DNA from: Desulfatiglandales bacterium
GTDB taxonomy: Bacteria > Desulfobacterota > DSM-4660 > Desulfatiglandales > HGW-15
Length of the DNA: 64,000 nucleotides
NCBI GenBank assembly: GCA_963667015.2
Contig: CAXXJJ010000001.1
Coordinates: 2,752,001 to 2,816,000 of the forward strand
Reading direction: 5' to 3'
Shown: one piece after another, positions 47,048-56,963 of the stretch
Layout of the letters: each line of letters begins with the position of its first letter
Numbering within the stretch: the first letter of the stretch is position 1
Translations under genes and position numbers: made by a program
The notes under the pieces: generated by a model
What the model was told of the DNA's origin: nothing
The model's database searches: none
The model's input: only the letters and a program-made list of their open reading frames with translations

Positions 47048-49162
47048 CCTTTTTCATATACTTCTCCATTATAAAATGTTCCACACTCCAGACGGTTTTT
47101 CCCCGTTCTGTGAGTTCACATATTCCATTAGACCTGCTTATTAACCCTGCCTCTACAAGGTCTCTGCGTGTGGCTGAAAAATCCTCGCACACCCAGGCGA
47201 TCAGACCTGTAAGCTCTCTCTCGTGATATTCTCTTATTTCAGGTACTGCATAACGGATTGCGGCATCCATTGAGTTTATAACAAAGGGAAATTTATTTTC
47301 TCTAAGCCTTGTAAGCCTTTGTTTTTCTTCTTTTAAATAGCCCGGCTTTACGCCTTTTTCTCCTCCGAAGATAACCCTGGCGGCAATCTTTTTGAGCTGG
47401 AGATCCTCAGAACCCAGCAGTCCCTTTAAAAATCTGTCCGCCTCTATATCCCCCATTTCCCCAAGGGCTGTTATGGCGGCCTTTCTTAAACTATTCGAAC
47501 CATTTATCACTGTTTCCCGGAGTAATGGAACAGATTCTTTGATCTTAAGTCTTCCGATAGCCTCGATAGCCGTATATTTTTCCTCTTCCGTCCCTTTTTC
47601 TGCAAATTTGATAAAGAGTTCAGAAGATTCGCAGGAATGAAAATCGGCCAGGGTTAAGAGGGCTGCTAGCCGGGTTGATGAAACATCATGGGAAAGACAT
47701 TCCTTAATCTCTTCGGTATATTCCATGGCCTGTAGCAATCCAAGACATCGAATGGCCTTTTCCCTTGTTTCGGTTTCCCGGTTATTGATGAGCGATGCAG
47801 TCCTTTTTTTGATTTCAGCAAATACTGTCTCATCCAGATCTTCCCGGGATACAGGGACCCATTTCATTGCAGCTGTTCCCATTCGGATATCATTCAACCT
47901 GTGCTCCTTTGAAACATAATCTTCTGTATCAGCAAGCTGAAGACAATTCCCGAAAGACTCCACTCCAGCCAGTGCAGATTTAAGAATATGATAATCAGGG
48001 CTCATGAGCATATCAGCGAGTTCCGGCAGGAAATAATCATACATGCGGCAGAGGGTATGAAGCAGAAACGGGTGACTGGCAAAGTTATCCCTGCTGTCTG
48101 TTTTTCGGAATTATCTCATTAACAATGGAAAGGCTTCAGCAGGGTAGCAGAGCAGCAGATTTATGCAAAGTACACATGTACTTTTTTCGCTGCATGAATA
48201 AAGGTTTTCCATCAGAAAAACCGCCTTTTCCTGCTTACTGACCGTCAGTCTGATAAGTTCATCCAGGATTATATATGATCTGAAGGAGGCTATGGAATCT
48301 CTGTTTTTGGAGTAATAGGGTTCGCATCTGTTTATCGCCTTTATCATTACCCTGCGTGCATTACCCGAGGCCTTTTTATCTCTGGAAAAACACGTTTTAA
48401 GTATATCCTGTATAGATTGTCTTTTTAAACGATTTACCAGGATTGATATATTTTCCAGAATCTCATCATTATCTGTCATGTTTATAAACTGGATAAGCCT
48501 TTCAGGTGAACGTTCCAGAATTACTCTTAAGGGTTCTATTGAATCCTGCTGATCATTGAACATTTTGAGGAGCACAGTTATTTCAGCCTCGATTCCTTCT
48601 TTTATATACTTTTCCATATCTATATTATTAATGTTATTTTCTGTTGTATCCAAAATTTCTTCCATCCTGTTCTTCAGTTCATTTCGGGCACGATAAAGCC
48701 GGCTCATTACTGTTCCTGGCGGTATTTCAAGAAATCCGGATATCTCTTCATATGTGAATTTTTCAAAATAATGCAGGACAAGGATGAGTCTGTGGGGAGC
48801 CGTCAGATTTTTAATCCCCATGGCCATCTGAAGATGAATATCATCAGTTTCTTCCTCATTGTCCACAATTTCGGGATGCTCCTCCGGGATCTCAATAAAC
48901 ATCCTCTTATTTTTTCGAAACCACATCCTGTACAGATTAAGTGCAATACGCCTTAACCATGAAATTTTGAAGGATCAAGCAATTGATCAATCTTCAGGTA
49001 GGCCTCTACAAATGAATCATGCACAAGTTCACGACTCAGAAAATCATTCCCGGTCATTCTAAGACACATGAGATAAATACTGCCCTGATACCTGTCCATG
49101 AGCAGCCCGAACATCTCTCTGTTTCCCTCTTTAACCGCCTCTATTATTACTTTGTCATCCAT
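47040..49162 (-). pseudogene. Disrupted ECF sigma factor fused to HEAT repeats and a DUF2087-like C-terminus
   Basis: Frameshift at ~48958 inside sigma2 (SKF/WLRRIALN); in-frame TAA at 48111-48113 followed by 22 open codons into the 48044 ORF; sigma4 GTVMSRLYRAR. Confidence 0.85.
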
Positions 49163-49444
49163 TAAAAAATACCATCAGGAAATAGCGAATTTATTATCTA
49201 TGATGAAGAAACTTTAGAATTATTCCCATAAAGAAGGATTTTATTAAAAAAATCTCATTAAAAATGATTCGATAAAATACACCGAACCGGCTTGAAGTGG
49301 CATACAGGCTTTTTATCATGTATAGTTGATATTGGACACAGTTGGATCAATACTTAATAAATAATTGAAGAAAATTTACATTTGTGTCTATAAATATTAT
49401 ACAAGTCTGCAGTTTAAATCAAAATTAAAGGAGCTACTAAGAAA

Positions 49445-50335
49445 TTGAGCTCAATTAAAAAGATGGACCTGAGTCACCTTATCGGTAAGAAGGTAGGTTC
49501 ATCGACTTTATTGAAAGAAATAGCCCGTGGAAATATGGGTGCTGTGTTTGTAGGTTATCAGAGCAGTCTTAAACGTCAGATTGCTGTTAAAGTATTACCG
49601 AAATCTATCATTACAGAGCGAAACGCCAAGACCTTTCAGCAGGAAGCAGAACTCGCGGCTATTCTTTCCCACCCAAATATTATTCCCGTGTATGAAGTTG
49701 GGGATGCGGGGGATTTTCTTTTTCTGGCCATGCAACTGGTGAAAGGGAGAACTCTTTCCTATTATATTCAAAGGGCACGAAAAAATGTATTACCTTCAAA
49801 GCGGATTCTACCGATTAACACAACCTTTAATATCATAATCAGCATTTTAAATGCCCTGGATTATGCACATAGACAGTCTATTATCCATCGTGACATAAAA
49901 CCCGGAAATATTATCATTGAGGAGTATGACAGCCGACCCATTATAGTGGATTTCGGCCTGGCCAAGGTGATCAGGAAGTCAGATGAGAGCGTTTCTGTGA
50001 TAGTGGGAACCCCTATGTACATGGCTCCTGAACAGATATTAAAACCACAGGTGGACGGTCGTGCGGATATCTATTCAACAGCAACAATGTTTTTAGAGAT
50101 GTTGATACCAACACCTTTATTTCCGGATATTAAATCTTCGAGAGAGCTTATCAGGGCAAAGATAGCACTAAAGGATAAGCTGTTTACCAAAAAGCCTTCG
50201 GAGCTGAATCCAAAACTCGATAAAGAAATGGACAGTATCCTTTCAAGGGCCCTTACTTTTAACCCGGAAACACGATATGATACATGCCGTGAATTTCGTG
50301 AAGAGCTCGAGCAGTACTCAAAAAAATATCTATAA
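49445..50335 (+). CDS. Cytoplasmic Hanks-type Ser/Thr protein kinase
   Basis: AVK, HRDIKPGN, DFG, GTPMYMAPE; no TM or sensor domain. Confidence 0.93.
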   Translation: MSSIKKMDLSHLIGKKVGSSTLLKEIARGNMGAVFVGYQSSLKRQIAVKVLPKSIITERNAKTFQQEAELAAILSHPNIIPVYEVGDAGDFLFLAMQLVKGRTLSYYIQRARKNVLPSKRILPINTTFNIIISILNALDYAHRQSIIHRDIKPGNIIIEEYDSRPIIVDFGLAKVIRKSDESVSVIVGTPMYMAPEQILKPQVDGRADIYSTATMFLEMLIPTPLFPDIKSSRELIRAKIALKDKLFTKKPSELNPKLDKEMDSILSRALTFNPETRYDTCREFREELEQYSKKYL

Positions 50336-50352
50336 AATCAGGATAGTAAAAA

Positions 50353-52578
50353 ATGATAAAAGAAAATGAAATTGATAAACGACATCTTGCATCTTTCGGA
50401 CGTTCATTCGCCCTGGTGCTTAACCGGTGCTTTATGTACTCCGCCAATCATCCCTTTCTGGTTGAGGCAATAGATTCGGCTTATCAGTATCTGACAGAAA
50501 TTTTAAAAAATATCTCTCCCACGGTTTTTATATTGAATGGTGAAAGATTCTATGTGGATGAAGAACCTCTTGATTCCCGCGTGAACGTTTCCAAGATTGT
50601 TGCCCATTTCAAGAAGACAGGTATGGAATCGATTACATTTTATAGCGGTACTGAAAAGAAGGAACTTCTATTCCTTCTTGATATAATTACCTCCCTGGAT
50701 AAATATCACAATGCAGAAGAGATGAATAACGCGCTGTTCAAAAAGCAGATCAGTAATATAAAAATCAATCATTTCTACTTTAGAAAGGTGAGTGCAGAAG
50801 ATGAACTGATTTCGAAGAACATGCTGGATAAAGTGACACCGGAAATCATGGGAGAGGATCATGATAAGATGAGGCAGATGTTCATGGATTCTGTCTTCAA
50901 CAGTGTCCTCCAGGAAGAATTCATAAATAAACTCAACCTCGATAGTCTTTTAACAAACCCCGATGGTCTGCCAAAAGAAATGATCTCAGCAGACCTGGCA
51001 ACAGTCAATCAGTACAAAAATAGAAGCCTGGGTGAAGATACCGGTGAAGAACTGCTTCCGGGGCAATTTCTGCTCCGACAGCTGGAAGTAATAGACCTGG
51101 ATGTGGAAAAAAATCTGGCAGAAGGTAAGGCTGTTGATTTATCTAAAATAGCAGATGCCCTCTTTGATATGAGGCAAAAACTCATAGAAGGGGTAGAAGC
51201 ACAAAAGACACTGGGTATTGCCTATGCCAATGAAGATGAAGTTTTTTCAAAGGCCTCTGAGATTACGGATAAAGTTCTGATTCGTCTGATTAAAGAAGAG
51301 TATAAGGGAGGAGAAACCGGAGTTTCCCGTCTTGCCCAGATTTTATGCAGGTTAATACCTGAAGCAGATGAACTGAAGCGTCTGCTGCCAAAGATCAAAG
51401 CTGCCCTTTTAGAAGAAGGCATGTCTCAGGCGGATTTTATGATTCTTATTCAGGAACTTGGAAGAGAACTTCAGAGTGACGGGCTGGCCAATATTTTATC
51501 AGAGAGTGCGGAAGAGATTGGTGTCGATGGAAAAGAAATAATTCAGCAGGTAAAAGAGAATCCGCTCCAATCCGCTGAAATGATCTATCTGGCATCGGAA
51601 ATCCGAAAAAGCGGGGGAGATGAAAAGGCCCTGACTGATCTCATTGTGAATTATGTTGAGCAGGCTGGATCCAAATACTCTATGGATCTCAAGGATAAAA
51701 AGGGCGAAGAGGGGGAAAAACATATCCAGCGTGCCCTTGTGGAGGTTAAGTCCAGCCTGGTTAAAAATCTGGGCAATATGGATTTAAAGGAAGATTTGCT
51801 TGGTCGACTGGAAGGCCGGGTCAACCAGAGAATGGACGAAATCTTCAATAAATTACGATCAGAGTGGATACAGTCACATTCTACAGCACCGGAACAGGGA
51901 TCTCTTATGGGATTGACGGTGCTGGAAATCATTGAGCGGGGCGTAAGCGAGGATGAAGAGCTTGGGCAACTCTTAAAGATAATACGAAAAAAAGCGGAAG
52001 CCAATGAAATAGATGAAAACGACTTTCTTCAGATATATAGGGAAATCACAAAGCAGGAGCAATTAAGTAAAGCCGCAAAGGAAAAAAAAGGTGAAACCTC
52101 AGGAATTATGAGAGAAAAGATGCTGATGAAATATGTAGATAAAGAGATTGCGAGGGCAAAGCGTTTTAAAACATCTCTTTCCATTTTAGGTTTTACTCTT
52201 GTTAAAGCAAAGGCAAAAGATATTTCACAAACAAAACGGATCAGTACACAAGATATTATGGATACCATGCTGAACAAACTGGTTGAAATTTTTAGAACCC
52301 CTGATATTGTGGGTGAAGTGCGTAAAAACCATTTCATTGTACTACTGCCCATGACACATCAGGGGCAGGCTAATATAGCATTGCGCAGGACAATGAAAAT
52401 CTTAAACCTGGATCCTCTGGACGTAGACGGTATTGCTATTGATATTAAGGTTGCAGGTGTTGTAGCTGATATCCATTTGCTGGAAATAAACAATACCAGT
52501 GCTCTGGTAGATTATCTCACATCTCAACTCAAGGAAATGGCCACCAGGGTCAGCACCCTCTACTCTTATTCAGGATAA
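50353..52578 (+). CDS. Large helical protein with C-terminal degenerate GGDEF-like domain
   Basis: EIARAKR..SLS; RTPD (RxxD); NHFIVLLP in place of GGDEF. Confidence 0.7.
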   Translation: MIKENEIDKRHLASFGRSFALVLNRCFMYSANHPFLVEAIDSAYQYLTEILKNISPTVFILNGERFYVDEEPLDSRVNVSKIVAHFKKTGMESITFYSGTEKKELLFLLDIITSLDKYHNAEEMNNALFKKQISNIKINHFYFRKVSAEDELISKNMLDKVTPEIMGEDHDKMRQMFMDSVFNSVLQEEFINKLNLDSLLTNPDGLPKEMISADLATVNQYKNRSLGEDTGEELLPGQFLLRQLEVIDLDVEKNLAEGKAVDLSKIADALFDMRQKLIEGVEAQKTLGIAYANEDEVFSKASEITDKVLIRLIKEEYKGGETGVSRLAQILCRLIPEADELKRLLPKIKAALLEEGMSQADFMILIQELGRELQSDGLANILSESAEEIGVDGKEIIQQVKENPLQSAEMIYLASEIRKSGGDEKALTDLIVNYVEQAGSKYSMDLKDKKGEEGEKHIQRALVEVKSSLVKNLGNMDLKEDLLGRLEGRVNQRMDEIFNKLRSEWIQSHSTAPEQGSLMGLTVLEIIERGVSEDEELGQLLKIIRKKAEANEIDENDFLQIYREITKQEQLSKAAKEKKGETSGIMREKMLMKYVDKEIARAKRFKTSLSILGFTLVKAKAKDISQTKRISTQDIMDTMLNKLVEIFRTPDIVGEVRKNHFIVLLPMTHQGQANIALRRTMKILNLDPLDVDGIAIDIKVAGVVADIHLLEINNTSALVDYLTSQLKEMATRVSTLYSYSG

Positions 52579-52646
52579 GATTTATATAATATATCGTTAA
52601 GACCTGGAAAACATTCCATTAACTCTGTTGGAAAATAAGAATTAAG

Positions 52647-52754
52647 TGTGGAGAAAATCTACAGCTATTTAACTCATTAATATTACGCATATAAATGATG
52701 TTTTATTGTGTATTTCAAATAAATAAAACAAAATCATTGTGGTAATATCCTACA
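52647..52754. promoter_or_regulatory. Two enhancer-like sites for a sigma54 activator
   Basis: TGTGGAGAAAATCTACA (52647) and TGTGGTAATATCCTACA (52738), both TGTGG-N7-CTACA. Confidence 0.65.
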
Positions 52755-52861
52755 AATCCAATCCACTATATTTTATATAAATAAGTGATGACTCTCACTT
52801 CTTATTAAAATAACCAGTTATACCAGTAGTATAGCCCTTATCTTTAATTGGTCAAGTTTTG

Positions 52862-52877
52862 TGGCACACCAATTGCT
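52862..52877 (+). promoter_or_regulatory. sigma54 (-24/-12) promoter
   Basis: TGGCACACCAATTGCT. Confidence 0.85.
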
Positions 52878-52929
52878 TTTGTATATTTGTAAAACTGGAT
52901 AAATGTAAACCTTAAAAGAGGAGCAAAGA

Positions 52930-53931
52930 ATGGCTGATATAGATACCGGAAAACAGAGAAGTCATGTCGGTTATGGATCATCCTACAGAAAAGTTCATTC
53001 AAAGGGAGCGGTAAGAGGTGAGGAAATTCCTGCAGTAATTGGCAACCAGGTCTGGATGATCAAGCCTGATAAAGAGGCAAAGGCCGCAAACCCATGCATA
53101 TGGATGCAGGCCGGTGTTGTGGAGTTTAAGAGCTGCAACAATTACTATGACTGCACTTCCTGCAAGTATGATCTTGGCATGAAGATGAAGGCAGCTAAAG
53201 GTCAGCAGATAAGCTGGCAGGATGCCATGAGAAGGAAAGAAGGGCTTGAAAGAGTGTGTAGACACAGCCTGACAAACCGGATAGCCAAAAGGGCCTGTGC
53301 CTATGATTATCAATGCTCCTCATGTGATTTTGACCAGTTTTTTGAAGATGTCTGGTCTTCCAAGACAGGAGGAAATCCTTTAAATAGACACAATATCAAA
53401 GGATTTGATATGCCTGAAAATCACTATTTTCATAATGGCCACACCTGGGCGAGGATAGAGAGCGGCGGATTTTTGAGGATAGGTATTGATGATTTTGCTC
53501 TTAAGGTACTGGGCAAAGCGGATTGCTTTGACCTTCCGCTTATGGGGAAAACCCTTGATTTTGGAAAACCCGGATGGGGATTAAAACGAAAAGACAATTC
53601 AGCGGATGTACTGTCTCCTGTGAGCGGGGTTATTACCGAGGTTAATAACAAGGTAAGAGAAAACCCCGGAGTATCAAACAGAGAACCATATGGAGCAGGA
53701 TGGCTTTTCATGGTGCGTGTACCGGATATAAAGGGAAATGCAAACAGACTCATGGCGGATTCTGACAGTCTGAACTGGATGGGCAAGGAAGTAAGCAGGC
53801 TTGAAAGGATGGTTGAGGATTCAGCCGGTCCACTGGCAGCGGATGGAGGCTATTTTGCAAATGATATATTTGGGAATATTCCGGAACTAGGCTGGAGCAA
53901 TCTAACCCGTACATTTCTAGGGACGGAATAA
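52930..53931 (+). CDS. Cys-rich N-terminal domains plus GcvH-fold domain (paralog 1)
   Basis: CIWMQAG..C....C..C.YD and a second similar module; HTWARIE, RIGIDDFA, SPVSG, EPYGAGW. Confidence 0.85.
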   Translation: MADIDTGKQRSHVGYGSSYRKVHSKGAVRGEEIPAVIGNQVWMIKPDKEAKAANPCIWMQAGVVEFKSCNNYYDCTSCKYDLGMKMKAAKGQQISWQDAMRRKEGLERVCRHSLTNRIAKRACAYDYQCSSCDFDQFFEDVWSSKTGGNPLNRHNIKGFDMPENHYFHNGHTWARIESGGFLRIGIDDFALKVLGKADCFDLPLMGKTLDFGKPGWGLKRKDNSADVLSPVSGVITEVNNKVRENPGVSNREPYGAGWLFMVRVPDIKGNANRLMADSDSLNWMGKEVSRLERMVEDSAGPLAADGGYFANDIFGNIPELGWSNLTRTFLGTE

Positions 53932-53966
53932 TAACCAGTATGTGCGTGAGAGGAGGTATGCCGGCA

Positions 53967-54079
53967 GGTTTAAGGAGTAGGTTTAAGGTTTGCGGTATGA
54001 GAAAGAGGTGTACGGTTTAAGGTTTACGGCATACGGTTCGGTTTTTTAACCGCAAACCATACAACGTAGACCGTATACC
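53967..54079. repeat. Heptamer (GGTTTAA/GGTTTAC) inverted repeat
   Basis: Same unit family as 38171-38240. Confidence 0.75.
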
Positions 54080-54104
54080 ACTTATCAAAGCGAGGATTAA
54101 AATA

Positions 54105-55031
54105 ATGCCCGAATATATAAACAGCCAAATAAACTCATCGAAGTCCTCCCCCTGCCTATGGGAGCAGGCCGGGATAGTAAGAAAAAAACAGTGCAGCCAG
54201 AGTTACTCCTGTTTTGATTGCCACTTTGACCGTGTAATGAAACATGTTTCAAGAGAGAACAGGGAGCTGAGGCAGGCAGGAAAAAGGCCGGAGGGACAGC
54301 GTGGTAAAATTATTTCCTGGAAGGAAAAGCTCAATTCAATGCCCCTGTCAAAAAGACCATGTGTTCATCACATGAAAGGAAGAATTGAGTTCAAGTCATG
54401 CACCAATGAATACAGGTGTGGTAACTGTGATTTTGACCAGTATTTTAATGATCAGTTTTCAGTGCATGCAGTGATAAATCCGGTAAATGTTCTCAATGTT
54501 TCAGGTGTCGATGTCCCTCAGGGGTATTATTTTCACAGGGGGCATACATGGGTAAAGATGGAAGAAGACAGTTCGGTTCGCATTGGGCTGGATGATTTTG
54601 CTTTAAGGCTCATGGGGCCTCTTGATAATATCAAGGCACCGCTTATGGGAAAGAAGGTGACCCGGGAAGATGCTTCTATTCTTGTAAAAAGGGGGGGGCT
54701 CAGGGCCGCTGTGCTCAGCCCTGTCAGCGGAGTTGTTATGGCGATTAACCCGGAGTTAAGAGAAAAAGGCAGGCTGGCTAATAACTCCCCCTACGCTGAC
54801 GGATGGATCATGAAGGTGCAGCCTGACAATATAAGGGATGATTTAAAAAATCTCATGATTAACCGAGAGACTGATACATTTATGACAGAGCAGATAGACA
54901 CTCTGTATAACATTGTAGAGGAAACATCAGGCCCTATAGCTGCTGACGGCGGATATCTTGCAGGCGATATATTCGGAAGTATGCCTGAACTGGGATGGGA
55001 GCGATTGACAAAGATATTTCTTCATACATAG
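54105..55031 (+). CDS. Cys-rich N-terminal domains plus GcvH-fold domain (paralog 2)
   Basis: CLWEQAG..C....C..C.FD; HTWVKME, RIGLDDFA, SPVSG, SPYADGW. Confidence 0.85.
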   Translation: MPEYINSQINSSKSSPCLWEQAGIVRKKQCSQSYSCFDCHFDRVMKHVSRENRELRQAGKRPEGQRGKIISWKEKLNSMPLSKRPCVHHMKGRIEFKSCTNEYRCGNCDFDQYFNDQFSVHAVINPVNVLNVSGVDVPQGYYFHRGHTWVKMEEDSSVRIGLDDFALRLMGPLDNIKAPLMGKKVTREDASILVKRGGLRAAVLSPVSGVVMAINPELREKGRLANNSPYADGWIMKVQPDNIRDDLKNLMINRETDTFMTEQIDTLYNIVEETSGPIAADGGYLAGDIFGSMPELGWERLTKIFLHT

Positions 55032-55062
55032 ATAAAACTAAATGTAATTAACTATTCCAATT

Positions 55063-55623
55063 TTATCTGTTTTCTGCTCTTTTCCTTTCGTCCTCAAGCA
55101 ACACACTGCAGTATCTGCACATCCGGATTTTTTTATTGTCCACATCATCGAGTGAACGGCAGTAGTGCATTACGCAGGAATTATCGGAACAATGTCTGAT
55201 ATTAAAGGTGTGTCCAAGTTCATGAACAGCCTCCTTTATCACCCTTTCTGCAAATATTCCTTCAGGATCAATAAACGCCTTTGTATCTTTTAAACGGTAT
55301 ATTGAAACAATGCATGATCTTCCATTTAACTGGGCTTCACCAAAAACATAGGTAAGTATAGGGATAAAAATGTCTTTATTGCATATGGCAAGTACCTTCA
55401 GGTAATCGGCCGGTGCAGCATCTGAAAGCCTGTTAATTATTGATGTCGAGTTATACTGATGCCTTTCGGGAGAGTACGCAAACTCTATATCATTCAACAG
55501 GTCGCATATATTCACAGGGTATCCGAAAATATCGGCCACCTTTTCTCCCAGCTGTTCCAGGAGAGACGGTTCATCAATACCGACAGGCGATATAAGGATT
55601 TTATTTTGAGACGGATCAGTCAA
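55063..55623 (-). CDS. Archaemetzincin (M54) Zn metalloprotease
   Basis: YVFGEA, HELGHTFNIRHC....CVM, C..C. Confidence 0.92.
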   Translation of the reverse strand: MTDPSQNKILISPVGIDEPSLLEQLGEKVADIFGYPVNICDLLNDIEFAYSPERHQYNSTSIINRLSDAAPADYLKVLAICNKDIFIPILTYVFGEAQLNGRSCIVSIYRLKDTKAFIDPEGIFAERVIKEAVHELGHTFNIRHCSDNSCVMHYCRSLDDVDNKKIRMCRYCSVLLEDERKRAENR

Positions 55624-56962
55624 CGGATTTGTTAAGGTTATAGCGTTTTATTTTATTGTATAGCGTTGATCTGTCGACACCAAGAATTTCAGCGCTTTTT
55701 GATATATTCCAGTTATTCTGATCAAGTATATTTTTTATATGAGTACGTTCAACCTGTTGTAACGAATTGTTATCTAAAGACACCATTTTTTGAGGATTAA
55801 AAATAGGAAGATCTGATGCCATTATCTCTCTACCCTTGGCAACTACAACAGCCCTTTCAATGGCATTTTCCAACTCTCTTACATTGCCGGGCCAGTCATA
55901 AAGCATAAGCTCATCAAGTGCTTCCCTGCTGATCCTGTCAATTGCCTTGTTGGTTTCCTGGGTAAACCTGTAAAGGAAATGATCTGCCAGCAGTGGAATG
56001 TCTTCTTTTCGCTCGCGCAGAAGAGGCATTTTAAAGGACACAACGTTAAGCCTGTAGAACAGGTCTTCTCTAAATATTCTATCTTCTATAGCCTTTGACA
56101 AATCTCTGTTTGTGGCGGCAATGACCCTGAAATCGGCCTCTATCGGCTGGGTGCCTCCGACCCTGTAAAATACCCTGTCCTCAAGCACGCGAAGAAGATC
56201 AATCTGCATCCTCATACTTATTTCACCTATTTCATCCAGAAAGAGTGTACCACCATGGGCAAGTTCAAGCCGGCCTTTTTTTGTTTCCTTTGCATCGGTG
56301 AATGCACCTTTCTGATGGCCGAACAGTTCACTCTCCATAAGGTGTTCCGGTATTGCTCCGCAATTTACTGTTACAAAGGGACCTTCGCAGCACCTGCTTT
56401 TTGTGTGTATTGCCTTGGCCGCAAGCCCCTTGCCGGTACCCGTGTCTCCTGTTATCAGCACCGTAGAATTCATAGGTGCCACATCTTCAATCATATTGAA
56501 TATTTCCTGCATGGCCCTTGACTGCCCGATCATGCTCTCGAATCGGGTCAGTTCTTTATGTTCTTCTCTTAAATAAAGGTTTTCCATGTCCCGGGCCTTC
56601 TTCTCGATAACCTTTTCTATGAGGAGTCCCAGTTCGTTAGGGTCAAAGGGTTTTAACATATAATCAAATGCACCGTTTTTCATGGCTTCGATGGCTGTTG
56701 ATATTGATCCATAGGCCGTAATCATGATAACAGAGGTATCCGGATCTGATTCTCTGACGCTTTTTAAAACCTCAAGGCCATTCATGCCTTCCATTTTGAT
56801 ATCAACAAGCATAATATCAAACTTGGTCTTGTTTATTTTATTAAGCGCTTCCTCTCCGCTACCGGCCTTATCAACAAAATGGCCGTCCCTCTCCAGCCAT
56901 CCGGCCAGAGACTCTCTCATTATCAGCTCATCATCCACTATAAGTATTTTTGTGATACTCAT
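55616..56962 (-). CDS. NtrC-family sigma54-dependent response regulator
   Basis: REC; GDTGTGK, ESELFGH, GAFTDA, WPGNVREL; Fis HTH. Confidence 0.95.
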   Translation of the reverse strand: MSITKILIVDDELIMRESLAGWLERDGHFVDKAGSGEEALNKINKTKFDIMLVDIKMEGMNGLEVLKSVRESDPDTSVIMITAYGSISTAIEAMKNGAFDYMLKPFDPNELGLLIEKVIEKKARDMENLYLREEHKELTRFESMIGQSRAMQEIFNMIEDVAPMNSTVLITGDTGTGKGLAAKAIHTKSRCCEGPFVTVNCGAIPEHLMESELFGHQKGAFTDAKETKKGRLELAHGGTLFLDEIGEISMRMQIDLLRVLEDRVFYRVGGTQPIEADFRVIAATNRDLSKAIEDRIFREDLFYRLNVVSFKMPLLRERKEDIPLLADHFLYRFTQETNKAIDRISREALDELMLYDWPGNVRELENAIERAVVVAKGREIMASDLPIFNPQKMVSLDNNSLQQVERTHIKNILDQNNWNISKSAEILGVDRSTLYNKIKRYNLNKSVD

Positions 56963-56963
56963 T

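Noticed and set aside
47040..49162. Programmed recoding of the ECF fusion
   Set aside because: The internal stop is TAA and the frameshift site has no obvious slippery sequence; decay or sequencing error is simpler.
52930..55031. Bona fide gcvH genes
   Set aside because: The lipoyl-lysine motif is absent, there are large Cys-rich extensions, and no gcvT or gcvP is nearby.
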